Of a DNA stretch of 64,000 nucleotides, positions 1 to 13,289 are shown piece by piece (position 1 is the first letter of the stretch; each line of letters starts with the position of its first letter). Both the position numbers and the translations under genes were made by a program. The notes beneath the pieces are model-generated. The model was not told the DNA's origin and made no database searches. It saw only the letters and a program-made list of their open reading frames with translations. The DNA is taken from positions 93,040,923-93,104,922 of the forward strand of contig JASCQW010000081.1 in assembly GCA_030264375.1 (NCBI GenBank). The letters run 5' to 3'. This stretch comes from Carcharhinus longimanus (lineage: Eukaryota).

Positions 1-464
1 ATAGTTTAGCAAACACCTCAAAATATGAAGAGCGGCAATGAGGTACACTTACATTTCTCGAGGAAGAGAGGTATGGACAGTTGACTTCCTGAAATGTTGC
101 CAGGTCTTATGGTCATCTTGTCTCGATCTGCTCAGATGGAGAAGTAAAGCTATTTAATCGATCCAAAGCTCGAAGCACCGCGAAAAAGTGATGGGATTTC
201 AAACGACGTGTCATAGATGTTTGTGGCTACATCGCGTTCTTTCTAGGACGCTAATTATTCTTCTAATTGAAAAGATCCATTATCGCCAGTATTTTGTTTT
301 CAGTCTTGTCGAAAGTAGGTTGACGTGATGGGAAGCATATGGCAAATAATGAATTCCAATTGAGTGAAATCTATTTATTTTCTTGAACTTCCCCATTATG
401 TCGGCCGAGACCACAACTCGAGATTACTCTTACTAGGAGAAAAAACACATATTTTTCAATTCTT

Positions 465-1260
465 TATATTCATTAAAAATGCTCGCTGCCGGACTGACCT
501 AAATTAATACTCATCCGAAGGCGGTGGTGATCTGCATCCATGAAGCCATGCAGACCATGCAGTGCACGGCTACGCACAGTGCTAACGATAAGAATACACT
601 ATTATTTTGATACAGAAATTGATGCACGCCAATATCGGTTAACGTCGGCTGGTGTTGTCTAAGGCTTGGTGTGGCTGAAACCTGAAGTTTCCCGAGGAAT
701 TACGTTTCCACATGTAAGTCGTCAGTTTGTAATTTGCTGTTGGAGTGATTTGATGAATTGCAGCAAACGAATTTTGTGAAAGTAGATGCAAGTGCGTGAG
801 TTTGGCTTGTGTGGGTAAGGCGCTACATGCGGCTTAATGTAGTGGTGGCTGAAGGCGTGCCGCTGATCGTACAGCTGTTTGTTTCCTTTTGGGTATCTTT
901 TAGATGATGAGTTTCGTTGGAGCGTTTTCTATCATAGCAGAATGCGGCAATTCATTCATACTTCTTCATCGTAGGTTGTAGATGTCGAACAGGTCTTTGG
1001 GGAGAAGTTGGGTGGGACAACAGTCGCTGGAAGCTTCCTATCCACTAATCTGCTTTTCTAGCCAGAGTTTATTTTTGGCCAGCACTGTTCAGCTTCCAGT
1101 CAAGAGCGAGTCCAAGGAGTTTGATAACTGTAGATTTACCAATTGTATTGCCAATGAATTTTAATAGACTACGTTTATGCCTTTCTCTTTCTGGGGCACT
1201 ATGTTGCCTCCTGATAATTTGGCCCGGGTCCCAATTGTCTACTTGTCGCACCAAACCGGG
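465..1260 (-). mobile_element. Representative LINE half of the monomer: 5'-truncated CR1/L2-group LINE 3' end (RT C-terminus, 3' UTR, tail), present in every unit
   Basis: The minus-strand consensus reads WADKWQVAF...PLRLNGNTIAESTVINILGVVLDQKLN..HINTVA. ORF-track pieces match it: 1069-1329 LKFIGNTIGKSTVIKLLGLALDWKLN and 40922-41110 PLRLNGNTVGESTVI. It ends in CATGAATGAATA, the same tail as the SINE at 28858. Confidence 0.85.
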
Positions 1261-1677
1261 AAAGTCTCCATAACTAAAAATGTTCGTAGTCTGACACAGT
1301 TGCATCACTTTACCAGAGTGTATGACCACTCGCTAAGTGAATGATGCGAAATCATTTCTTTCGCGACAATGGTCAAGCATCACTGTATGATAATTGCAAT
1401 CATCTACAACAAACAATGTTCAACTGAACAGATGGACTAGCGACACACAATGTCTGTGGACATGATGTTTCAAGTAAATGAGCGCCCGCGCCAAGAATAG
1501 TTGAAGTCAACTATCACTAAAGACGAAATGTTACATGATCAGATAACGCCAGAGTGCAAGCGGTATGGGGTTAATGTAGCCTGAGCTAAGCAACCATTCG
1601 AAAATGTTACGAGTGACATTGAGGCTCATTTCGCTTGCTAAAGAGAGGTACGGAAGTTTGATCCCTTGATATGTTAC

Positions 1678-1704
1678 CTGATCTTATGTCCATCATGTCT
1701 CGAT
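1678..1704 (-). other. Representative putative 27-nt micro-exon of the monomer
   Basis: Minus strand CTAATTGCCCTTACTGCTGCATTTCAGCAG|ATCGAGACATGATGGACATAAGATCAG|GTAACA. Homologous copies with AG/GT start at 3859, 5023, 6644, 8602, 20387, 22344, 26088, 31781, 33597, 38741, 42407 and 61813. Confidence 0.45.
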
Positions 1705-2497
1705 CTGCTGAAATGCAGCAGTAAGGGCAATTAGTCGTTCCAAAGGTCGAACCGTCCTACAGAACTGATCAGATATCAAATGACATATCATTGACTTACA
1801 TCAGTAATTCGTTTTTTTTTCAACTAACCGCTTTCCTTCTCAACAATCTATCACTTCTTCAATCAAATTAACATTCCATTTGCTGCAGCATCTTCATTCC
1901 GTTCTTGATAAAATGAAGTTGATGTGATTCGAAGCAAAATGGAACTTATGATTTCCAATTGAAGAAACGGTATTTATTTTCTTTGTCTTCCTATTTTTTG
2001 ACGGTCAATAGTATTAACTTTGAATTAGGAATCCCTCCTTCCCTACCAAAAATGAACACGAACTTTTACGGTCTTTATATTCATTCGTGAGAATCACTAG
2101 TTGCCATCTGGAGTTCGAAATAATTCTCGTCAGAAGGTGGAGGTCATCTGCATTCATAAGAACAGCTGCAGAACATTCAACGCATGTGTAACCACAGTGT
2201 TGACGGTACGTGTCTTTTTCTATAATGTTGACAGAGGGAAATTGTTGCACAAACATATATGTTAATGACGGATAATATTAGAATAGGGTGGGGCGCGATG
2301 TCTTGTAAAGGAATTCCTTTTCTACACCATCACGTGTTTGGAATTTGCTTTTGGAGTTGTTTTGATGAATTCGATCAGACGAATATTGTCCAAGATGGTG
2401 AAACAGTGAATGTTTGGCATGTGGGCGAGCGCATTGTTGGTGTCTTGAAGGATTGCTGGTTAACGCAGCGCGTTTGGACAACCTGCCAAGAAACTCC

Positions 2498-2716
2498 AAT
2501 TCTCACTCTGTTAGCCACTATGCCACATTGCCACTCTAATAATAACAATTCTCACTCCGTTAACCACTGTGTCACCGGGCCACCCTAGTAATTCTAATTC
2601 TCACTCTGTTAGCCACTGTGCCACAGTGCCACACAAGTAATTCCAATCCCCATTGTTAACAACTGTGCCACAGCACCACCCTAGTACTTCTAATTCTCAC
2701 TCTGTTAACAACTATG
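2498..2716. repeat. ~49-bp minisatellite, ~4.5 copies
   Basis: aattctcactctgttagccactgtgccac... units start at 2498, 2547, 2596, 2645 and 2692. Confidence 0.9.
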
Positions 2717-3209
2717 TTGACGTTGTTGAGTGTTGTTGGAGCTATGCATTTTATAGCATGTCGAGGCTTTTCAATCATGCTCCTTAATTGTACGGTGAAG
2801 TTGTTAAATAGGATTTTGCGGAGGGGTCGGATATAACACGAGATGTGTGACTTGTTTCACAATTCCTATCGTCTAATCTCCTTTTCATTCTTACCACCGT
2901 TCTTATTTATACATTAGCCCCTGTTCTTTTATTAATCAATATAGTCGTCCCGGATTGAAAATGTTGGAAACAACGAATACATTGTAATTTACTCTCGATG
3001 GATGACTTTTTCTGCTTATCTAGCTTGGAGTAGTTTTCTGGCTCAAAATTCAGTTCCCCGAAGGCTATTTATCACATCTTGGGCCCAACCCGGTAAAACA
3101 GAAGAACGTGAATTCCGGTTGATAAGCTTACATGTCTTGAGACTCTCAGATAACGAACAGCCTTAGTACATTGTTGAACCACTCGGTCATTGAATAATGG
3201 AGAATCCTA

Positions 3210-3550
3210 TAAGAAACATAGAATCCCTACAGTGCAGAAAGAGGCCATCTGGCCCATCGAATCTGCACCGACAACAATCACACCAAAGCCCTACCCCCAT
3301 ATCTCTACGGAGTTGCCCGTTAATCCCTCTAACCTACGCATTTTAGGACATTAAGGGGCAAATTCAGCGTTAACAATCAACATAACCCGCACATCTTTGG
3401 ACTGTGGGAGGAAACCGGGGCGCCCGGAGGAAACCCACGCAGACACGAGGAGAATTTGCAAACTCCGCACGGACAGTGACCCAAGCACGGAATCGAACGC
3501 AGGTCCCTGGAATTGTGAAGCAGCAGTGCTAACTACTGTGCTGCCATGCC
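3210..3550 (-). mobile_element. HE1/V-SINE-type tRNA-derived SINE
   Basis: Minus strand: A-box head GGCAGCACAGTAGTTAGCAC, B-box GTTCGATTCC, V-domain GCGTGGGTTTCCTCCGGGCGCCCCGGTTTCCTCCCAC, CR1-like tail ending TTCTATGTTTCT. Confidence 0.9.
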
Positions 3551-6500
3551 TATTATTATCGCGCATCAATGTGTAATAATTACAGGCAACTGCATGAAGC
3601 ATTTGCGAACTGAACAGTTGGACCAGTGGCAGGCAATGACCAGAAAATAAATCTTCAAGGAAAAATAAGGAAGAGTCAAATAAAATTGATGTCAAAACGA
3701 CTAATGACGGGACATGAAGAGACGAGATCAGGCTAGAGTGCAATGGATATGAGTTTAACTGGTGTCTTGCTTCAGCAACCCCTCCAAAACATTGAAAGCA
3801 GCTTTTAGGGAGATTTCGATCAGGGAAGAGTGATAGTAATGAATTCTTGACATGTTACCTGATCTTGTGTTCAGCTTGTCCCGATCTGCTCAAGGAGAGA
3901 TGTCAAATGATCATTCCCAAGATTGAACCACCCTCATAACTGATCCAATCACAAATAGCATGTGATTGACCGCCATCAATGTCTCGCTTAGTATTCAGAT
4001 AGCATCCTACAAGCTCAAATTTTCATCATTCACCTCTTAATTAAAATTACTTTGTGTGCAGTTTTCTCATTCCAGTCTTGTCAAAATGAAACTGTGATGG
4101 GAAGCTAATGGGAATTAATGAATTCCCAGTGAAAGAATGGTATTTCTTGTTTTGGTCTTCCTCTGTTTTGGCTATTAATAGCGTTGGCATTAATTTAGGA
4201 ATTCCGCTTTTTGTGTTAAATTAGAAAAAAATCACCAACTCGCATGTCCTTCTGTTCAATCAAGAGAAGTGCTTGCTTCTTGCTAGGCCAGAAACTAATG
4301 CTCATTAGAGGGTCGAAATCTTCTGCATTAATGAAACCCTGCAGCCATGTCAGCGGTGGTGTATTTAGAAATTGCTACTGAAGTTGTTTGGATGAATTTC
4401 AACAGTTGAATCTTGTGCACAGTGGTGCAACGGCGTGAGATTGACTTCTGTGATTGATGTGATCGGTGGGGCATTTGACGATTGTTGGCTTCCGGAGTGC
4501 GTATGGATATCAAGCCAATTGCATTATATAGTTTGGCGTTGCAGTTGTTCAGTGCTGTTGAAACTATATCTATCATGGCAAGCCGCAGCTATTCTATTTT
4601 AGTCTGAATTGTATATTGCTGATGGTGAACAGCATTTTGGGCAGTTGCCGGATGGAACAGGAAGAGATAAGGTCATTACTGAACAATCCAAATTGCTATT
4701 ATTCGCGGAATTATCCAGCATAGCCGCTTAATAATTACAATGAAAGAAATCACCCGTTTTGCAAATTGAACAAATATATCAATTACACACAATGACTGCG
4801 GATATCATTGTCCAAGGTAATGGAAGCAAACGCGAAAAACAATTGGAGCCAATCAAATACAGACGAAATGTTGCCGAACGAAATATGTCCAGAGTGCAAC
4901 AAGTATTCGTTTTGCTGATGACTTAGTTATGGAAACCCCTCAAAATAATAAGAGCGGCAGTGAGGTACACTTACATTTCTCGATGAAGAGAGGTATGGAA
5001 AGTTGACTTCCTGAAATGTTACCAGATTTTATGTTACTCTTTTCTCGATCTGCTCAGATGGAGAATGAAGCTACTTAATCGATCCAAGCTCGAAGCGCCT
5101 CGCAGAACTGATGAGATTTCAAATGACGTGTCATAAGCCTTTGTTTGTAAATCGTTTTCTTTCTAGAACGCCAATTATTCTCCAAATTGAAAAGATCCAT
5201 AACCGGCAGTATTTTGTTTTCAGTCTTATCAAAAGCAAGTTCATGTGGTGGGGAACATGTGGAAAATAATGATTTCCCATTGAAAGAAATCTATTTGTTT
5301 TCTTGTCCTTCCCCGTTATTTCGGCTGACAGCACAATTAGAGATTACTCTTATATAAAAGAACTTATTTTGTTTGGTTCCTTAAATTCATTAATACAAAC
5401 AAATGTGCGTTGCCGGATAGACCTAAATTAATACACATCAGGAGGCGGAAGTGGTTTGCATTCATGAAACCCTGCAGACCATGCATTGTACGGGCACCCC
5501 CAGTGCTGACGGTAAGAGTGCACCATAATTTTGGTTCACGAATTGATGCATGGCAATGTTTGTTAATGTCGGCTGGTGTTGTCTAAGACTTGATGTGGCT
5601 GGAACATGAAGTTTCTCGAGGAATTAAGTTTTCATATGTAAGTCGTCAGTTTGAAATTTCCTGTTGGAGTTGATTTGATGAACTGTAGCAAACGAACTTT
5701 GTGAAAGTAGATGCAAGTGTGTGAGCTTGCCTTGCGTGGATAAGGCGCTATATGCGGCCTTAATGTATTGATGGCTGAAGGAGTGCCGCTGATCTTACAG
5801 CTGCTTGCTTTCTATTGGATATCTTCAAGATGTTGAGTGTTGTTGGAGCGGTATCTATCATAGCAGGGCGCGGCTATGCCTTCATACTTCTTCGTAGGTT
5901 AAAGATATTGAACAAGTTTTTGGGGAGAAGTCGCACTGGGACAAGATTTCGTTAGCTCGGTGGACGTTTGCTATCCACTAATCTGCTTTTCTAGCCAGAG
6001 GGTTTTTTGTTTGGCTGGCACTGTTCAGCATCCAGTCAAGAGGGATGCCAAGAAATTTGATTATTGCAGATTTCGCGATTGTATTGCCAATGATTTTTAA
6101 TGGACTGTAGTTGTGCCTTTCTCTTCCAGGAGCACGATTTTGCCTCACGTTTCTTTGGACCGAACTCTACTTGGCTACTTGGCGGGCAAAACTTGCCTGG
6201 CTAAAATCTGCGTAACATAAGTTTCCGTTAAGCAGCTTGACAATGTTCGTAGACTGACACAAATGCATCAAGTTACCAGAGTGTGGGACCACTCGCTAAT
6301 TGAATAATGCAGAATCATTGTATTTGCGATAATGGTCATGCATTACTGCATGATAAATGCAATCGTCTATATCAAACAATGTTCAACTGAACAGATGGAC
6401 TAGAGACACACAAAGACTGAGGACATTATTCCGCAATTAAATGAGCGCCCACGGCAAGAATAATTGAAGTCAATATCACTAAAGACCAACTTTTACGTGA

Positions 6501-7952
6501 CCAGATAAGGCTAGAGTGCAAGTGGTACGACGTTTGCTCTTGCCTGAGCGAAGCAAACATTCCAAAATGTTACGAGTGACATTGAAGCTAATTTCGCTTG
6601 GTGAAGAGGAGAGGTGCGGAACTTTGATTTTTTGATATGTTACCTGATTGTATGTCCATCATGTCTCGATCTGCTGAAGTGAAGAAGTAAGGCCAATTAG
6701 CCGTTCCAAAGCTCGAACCGTCCCACAGAAGTGATCAGATTCAAATGACGTATCATTGATTCACATCAGAAATTCACTTTTTGTTTCAACAAACAGCTTT
6801 GCTTCTCAACAATCTATTGCTTCTTCAATCACTTTAACATCTCATTAACTGTAGCATCTTTATTCCGTTCTTGATAAAATGAAGTTGATGTGATGTGAAG
6901 CAAAAGGGAACTTATGATTTACAATTGAAGAAACGGGACGATTTTCCTGGCCTTCCTAGTTAACAGTATTAACGGTGAATTAGGAATCCCTCCTTTTCTA
7001 ACTGAAAGAAACACAAATAGTTACGGTCTTCACATTCATTCATGAGAATCACTAGTTGACATCTAGAGTTGAAATTAATTCTCACCAGAAGGTGAAGGCG
7101 ATCTGCATTCATGAGTGAAGCTGCAGAACATTCAACCGATGCGTAACCACATTGTTGACAGTAAACTTTGTTTTCTAAGATTTTGACACAGCAAAAATTG
7201 TTCTACAGCAATATATATTAATGTCGGGTGATAATGGAATGGGGCGCGGGGTATTATAGAGGAATTCCATTTCTACACATCAGCGGTTCCGTATTTGGAA
7301 TTTGCTATTGGAGATATTTCGTTGAATTCCAGCAAACGAATGTTGTCCGACATTTTGAGAAGGTTAATGTCTGGCATGTAGGGCCGAACAGGTCGTTGGG
7401 CCTTGAAGGATTGTTGGTTCACAGAGTGCGTTTGGGCAACAGCTGTCTGCTTTCCATCGGAATATTCTGACGTTGATGAGTGTTGTTGGAGCTATGTCTT
7501 TCATAGCATGTCAAGGCTTTTCAATCATGCTCCTTAATTGTAAGTTGGAGATGCTAAATAGGATTTCGGGGAGGATTTGGATATAACATGAGATGTGTGA
7601 CTTGTTTCACACATCCTAGCTTCTAACCACCATTTTGTACATCCGCACCTTTCTGTTATTAATCAGGATAGCCGCCAAGGAGTTGAAAACGTTGTATACA
7701 ACGATTACATAGCCATTTACTTTCAATGGATGACTTTTGCCTGCTTATCTGCTTGGATTACTTTTCTGCCTCAAAATTCTGCCCCCCCCCCCGCCCCCCC
7801 GAATGCTGTTTAACGCATGTCGGGCCTAACCCGGTAAAACGGAAGAACGTGAATTCCGGTTGATATGCGTAAATATCTTGAGAATCTCAGATAAGGAACA
7901 GCTTTAGTACATTCTAGAACCACTCGGTCATTGAATAACGCAGGATCCTATT

Positions 7953-8289
7953 TGAATAATATAATCCCTACAGTGCAGAAAATGGCCATCTGGCCCATCG
8001 AGTCTGCAAAGGCCACAATCTCATCCAGACCCTACCCTCATATCTCCACGCATTTACGCGTTGATCCCTCTAATCTACGCATCTCAGGACACTGAGGGGC
8101 AGTTTCAGCATGGCCAATCAACGTAACACGAACATCTTTGCATTGTGTGAGGAAACTAGCACACGAAGGACACCCACACAGACACGAGGAGAATATGCAA
8201 ACTCCACACGGAGAGTGACCCAAGCTCGGAATCGGACCCAGGTGCCTGGAGCTTTGAAGCAGCAGTGCTAACCACGGTGTACCGTGCCG
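7953..8289 (-). mobile_element. HE1/V-SINE, duplicate of the 3210 copy
   Basis: Same element at the same host position (after aatcctat, before attattagcgg). Confidence 0.9.
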
Positions 8290-11200
8290 ATTATTAGCGG
8301 ACGTGATGTGGATCAATGTGTAATAATTACAGGCAATTTCAGGAAGCATTTGAAAACTGAATAGGTGGACCAATGACAGGCAATGACCAGAAAATAATTC
8401 TACGAAAATATAGCAACACCAAATAAAATTGATATCAATACCAGTAAAGACGGAAATTGAAGAGAGGAGATCTGACGAGAGCGCAATGGATGTTTGTTTA
8501 ACTGATGCCTTGCTTAAGCACACCCCCCAAAATATTGAAAGTGGCATTTAGGAACATTTCGATCAGCGAAGAGAGTCACTAATGAATTCTTGATATGTTA
8601 CCTGATCCTATGTCCATCTTCTCCCGATCTGCTCAAAGAGAGATGTAAAAGGCAATTAATCGTTCCAAAGATTTAACCGTCGCACATAGCTGATGCAATC
8701 TCAAATGGCATGTGATTGGACGTAATCAATATCTCGCTTTCTATTCAGATAACATCCTACCAGCTCAAATTTCCATCATTTCATCTCTTAATTGAAAATT
8801 ACTTTGCGTGCAGTTTTCTCATTTCAGTCTTGTCAGAATGAAATTGATGTGATGGGAAGTTAATGGGAATTATGAATTCCCAGTGAAAGAATGGCATTTT
8901 GTTATTTGGCTGTCCTCTGTTTTGGCTGGTAATCGCGTTAGCATTAATTTGGGAATTCCTCTTTTTGTGTAAAAAAAGGAACACCAACTTGCATGTCCTT
9001 CTGGTCATTCATGGAAAGTACCTGCTACTCGCTAGGCCATAACCTAACGCTCATCAGAAGGCCGAGATCTTCTGCATCGATGAAACCCTGAAGACAATGC
9101 AATGTACATATGCCCACATTGCTTACATTAAGAGCGTTCTTTGTTTTTGACACAACGAAATTGATGGCACGGCATTTGTTTTTAATTCTGCTGGTTTTGG
9201 CATGTTTTGGGAGAGACTGGAAGGATGTCGAGGAATTCAGCTCCTACCGTCTAGACCTCATGCCATTGGACATTGCTATTGAGATGCTTTGATAAATTTC
9301 AGCATGCGACTGTTTCCCAAAACGATGCAGCCTTGTGATTTTGTCTTCTCTACGTAGGGAGAACCTTTTACCGACTGTTGGTTGACGGAGCGCAGTTGAA
9401 CCTCAAGCCACTGTTTTGTTTTGTATTGCGTTAAAGCTGTCGAGCATTGTTGGAGTATCATCGATCATGGCATGTCGAGGGTATTCGAGCCTCTTGCCAA
9501 GTTATAAGTTGTAGATGGTGGGCAGCATTTCGGGGAGGTGCAAGATGGAACTGGAAATAATTGACATGTTAGCCGATTCTTGGACTCTTGTGGAACTGAG
9601 AGATCAGTTGGGACCTTTAAGGATTGTTAGTTGACAGAGTGTGGTTGAACATCAAACTGCCTGTTTTCCATCGGAATTCTTTTAAATTGGTGATTGTACT
9701 TGGATGGACGTCGATCATGACAGTTCCACTGAATCTTAGTCCTTAGTTGTACGTTGTAGATGCTGGAGAGGATTTTGGGGAGGAATTGCAGGATAAAAGA
9801 ATTGTTTAAGTCGTTACACACTTCCCAACCTCAAATCTGCTTTTCTCGACACAGGATTTATATGCCCTACATCGTTCTTTTTCTAGTCCAGATCGACCAT
9901 CCGGATTGTATTGTTATTTAATATCAATAGATAACGGTTAAGCATTTCTCTTATTGGTGCAGTTTGTTGCTTCAAAATTTCATGGCGGGAATGGTACTTC
10001 CCACCTCTCCGGCCAAACCATGAAAATCAGGAAACTTGAATTTCAGTTGATAAACTTGACAATCGTTATAATCTCAGACAAATGTATCACTTCAGTACAA
10101 TGTGTGACAACTCGCTCATTGAATAACGCAAAATAGGGAAATTGTGGATCCTGACTCTGTCATAATTACAATCAACTGAATCAAATATTAAAAAAAATGA
10201 ACAGATGGACCAAACACACATGATACCTGAGAAAAAGAAACATTCTACAAGTAAACGGAAGCAAACGTCGTCAAAAATTGAAGCCAATCCACTAAAGACT
10301 AATTATTTAGAGACGACGTATAACCAGAGTGCAACAGGAATTCGTTTTAATGATGTCTCGATTAAGCAGCACATCCAAATAAATCATCTTAATGCAAAAT
10401 AAAAGATTGTTCATCGTTTATATTCATTTTGAGAAGTAGTGATTTCCGGCTAGACCAGAAATTAGTGTTCATCAGAAGGCAGAGATAATATGCATTCATG
10501 AAGTCCTGCAGATCATGCACTCCATGTATACTCTCAGTGCTGACGGTAACTGTGTACTATTGTTGGCTGACGGAACGCATTTGGACATCAAGCCGTTTGC
10601 TTCTTCTTGGATGGTGATAGTTGTTGGGTCATTATCTATTTTGGCAGCTCGCGACAATTCATTCATACTTCTTAATTGTATGTTGCAGATGTTGGACTGG
10701 ATTTTTGGGGGAAGTCGGAGGAGACAAGAATTTTTGAACTCGTTACACGCTTCGTAGCCAATCGTCTGCTGCTCGAGCAATGGGATATTTCTCGCTGGCA
10801 CTGTTCAGTTTATAGTCAAGGACGACCCAAGGATTTTGTAAACAGTGGATATCGCGATTGTATTGCCAATGAATCTCAACGGATGAAGCTTCTGTCCTTC
10901 TCCTCTTGGAGCAGTTTGTTGCCTGACAGTTGTCTGGCCTGAATGCTACATTATATAAGGATTTTTTTTTATGTTAACAAAAACAGGAACACCAACTTCT
11001 ATTCGTCAGGCCAAACTGGTAATATCAGAACTTGACGTTCGGTTAATAAGCTTGAAAATCTTGATCTTCTCAGATACATTCATCACTTCAGTAGACTGTG
11101 TGATCATTCACTCATTGAACAATGCAAAATCCTATTATTAGGGAAATTGTCAATCCTCGCTGTCTGAGAATAAGAGTCAACAGAATCAAAAATTTTAAAA

Positions 11201-12714
11201 TTGTAACGATGGACCAGCGGTACACAGTAACTGAGGAGATCATTCGTCAAGTGAAGGAAAGCAAGAGCTAAGGAAAATTGAAGCCAATATCACCAACTAA
11301 GAAATATTACTGGACAATATATGACCAACGCACAACAGGTATTAGTTTCATTAATGTCATTGCTAAGGAAACCTTCCAAAATAGTGAATTTAAGGCATAT
11401 TTAGATAATTGGAAGAAGAGAAGTACAAAACTGGCTTATTGATATCTTGCCTGAACTGATGTCCATCTTCTCTCGATCAACTCAAATTGAGAATTAAATC
11501 TAATTACTTGTTCCAAAGTTCGAAGCGCCCGAGAGAGCTCATCAGCTTTCAAATGACTTTCCACTAACTTTATTAGTCACTCGCTTTCTTTCTGGAAAGC
11601 CACACTATTGTTCAATCATCCAACACTTCTCATCTCAATTTAAAATTCAATTTGCTACAGTATTTTGCTTTCAGTCTTGCCAAACGAAATTGATGTGCTG
11701 GGAAACTAATGAGAATTAATGGTTTCGAATTGAATCAAAACGCTATTTTCTGTCCCTCCTCCGTTTTGCCGGCTGATAGTGTTAACGTTAAATAAGGAAT
11801 CCTCCTTATGTCAAAAAAATTGGAACACCAGTTTCTATTTTCTTTATATTCACTTAAGCGAAGTAATGTTTGCAGGCAATAACAGAAGTTAATGCATATT
11901 GGATAGCGGAGTTGAAGCCCTCCAGACCATGCAGTGTAGATATGCCCAGAGTACTGATGGTAAACTTTTTTCATAATTTAGACACAGCAAAACTGATGGT
12001 ATGGCAATATATTTCAAAGTCAGTTGATGTGGTCCACGATTTGTTGCTGAAACTCAAATCTTGTTGAGGAATTCCGTTTCCACTGGTTAGTTGGTGTGTG
12101 TTTGGAAATTACTATTGGAGATGTTTTAATGAATTGAAGCTGAATAATCGGATGCACAATGATGCAACGATGTAAGCTTGGCTTGCGGCGTTTTGAGTGC
12201 AGTTAAAGGCTTTACCTAATTTAGGCTGATGGAGTGTGATCTGGTTTCAAACCAGTTGCCTTCTATGACACGCTATTGAACTTGTCCAGTGTGGTGGAGC
12301 TATATCTATCATAGTAGGTCGAGGCCATACAATTATGCTCCTTACGTGTACGTTGTAGATCGTGGACAGGATTTTGGGGAACGGTCACATAGAGTTGGCG
12401 CATGCTTCCTAGCCTCTAATTTGCTTTTATGCCCATAATATGTATTTCCTGACACTGTTCACCTTCCAGTCAAAATTGACCCCAGGAATTTTAACAACGA
12501 TAGTATTGCGATAGCATTGCCAATTAAACTCAATTAATGAAGGTTCTGTAATTTTCCTCTTAGACCAGTTTCTTGTCTGACAATTGTTCGCCCAAATGCG
12601 ACGTGCTGCTTGTCAGGCGAATCTGGGAAAATGTGGAGAACTTGAATTTCTATGAATCAGATTGAAACTTCAATTGATCAGATTGACAATTTCAGAAAAA
12701 TACCTAACCTGTTA

Positions 12715-13235
12715 CCTGACCTCCTCCACGATTATCCTCAACAAATGTTCCCAAAATAGCTGTGTTCTCTGCCTCCTAATATACTCCTTTGACATATATG
12801 ACTGAGTGGCCAAATTCCCCTCCAATTTGCTTTTCGAGTTCACTGACGACTTCACCGTAGCGGGTCAGATCTCAGACAATGATGAGACGGAGTACAGGAA
12901 TCTGATAGAGAATCTGGTGACCTGGTATGGCGATAGCATTCTGTCCCTCAATGTGAACAAAGTAAAGAATATTGTCAGCGACTTCAGGAAATGTAAAGGA
13001 AAACATACCACTGTCTACAACAACGGGGACGAAGTTAAACGGGTCGAGAGCTTCAAGTTTTTAGGTGCCCAGATCACCAACAACGTTCCTGGTCCCCCCA
13101 TGCTGACACTATAGTTAAGGACGCCCACTAATGCCTCTACTTTCTCAGACGACTAAGGAAATTTCGCATGTCAGCTACGACTCTAAAGAACGTTTAAAGA
13201 TGCACCAGACAAAGCATTCTTTCTTGTCGTATAAC
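12715..13235 (+). mobile_element. Rex1/Babar LINE RT fragment
   Basis: ORF 12806-13114 EFTDDFTVAGQISDNDETEYRNLIENLVTW...LSLNVNKVKNIVSDFRK...VESFKFLG matches the Rex1 KFADDTTVVGLISNNDET..LNVSKTKELIVDFRK pattern. Confidence 0.85.
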
Positions 13236-13241
13236 AGTTTA

Positions 13242-13285
13242 GAACTGTGTTTACCCCAGTCCAACGCCGGCATCTCCACATCAAA
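13242..13285 (-). mobile_element. Penelope-like terminal fragment
   Basis: Reverse complement of ggagatgccggcgttggactggggtaaacacagt, also seen at 20873 and 43650. Confidence 0.6.
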
Positions 13286-13289
13286 CACA

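Noticed and set aside
2498-2716. CRISPR-like repeat-spacer pattern
   Set aside because: The intervening segments are homologous to each other, the context is eukaryotic and there are no cas genes; it is a minisatellite.
3470-3550. tRNA gene (A/B boxes)
   Set aside because: It is the head of a SINE continuing into a V-domain and LINE tail; no cloverleaf.
5503-5520. Plus-strand donor-like motifs in the monomer (ctgacg/gtaag, gt/gtgagt)
   Set aside because: They fall in the antisense LINE half, are poorly kept across copies, and have no consistent partner acceptor or exon length.
7782-7800. Poly-C run as a regulatory element
   Set aside because: It is a simple homopolymer expansion; the paralogous site near 3056 has only cccc.
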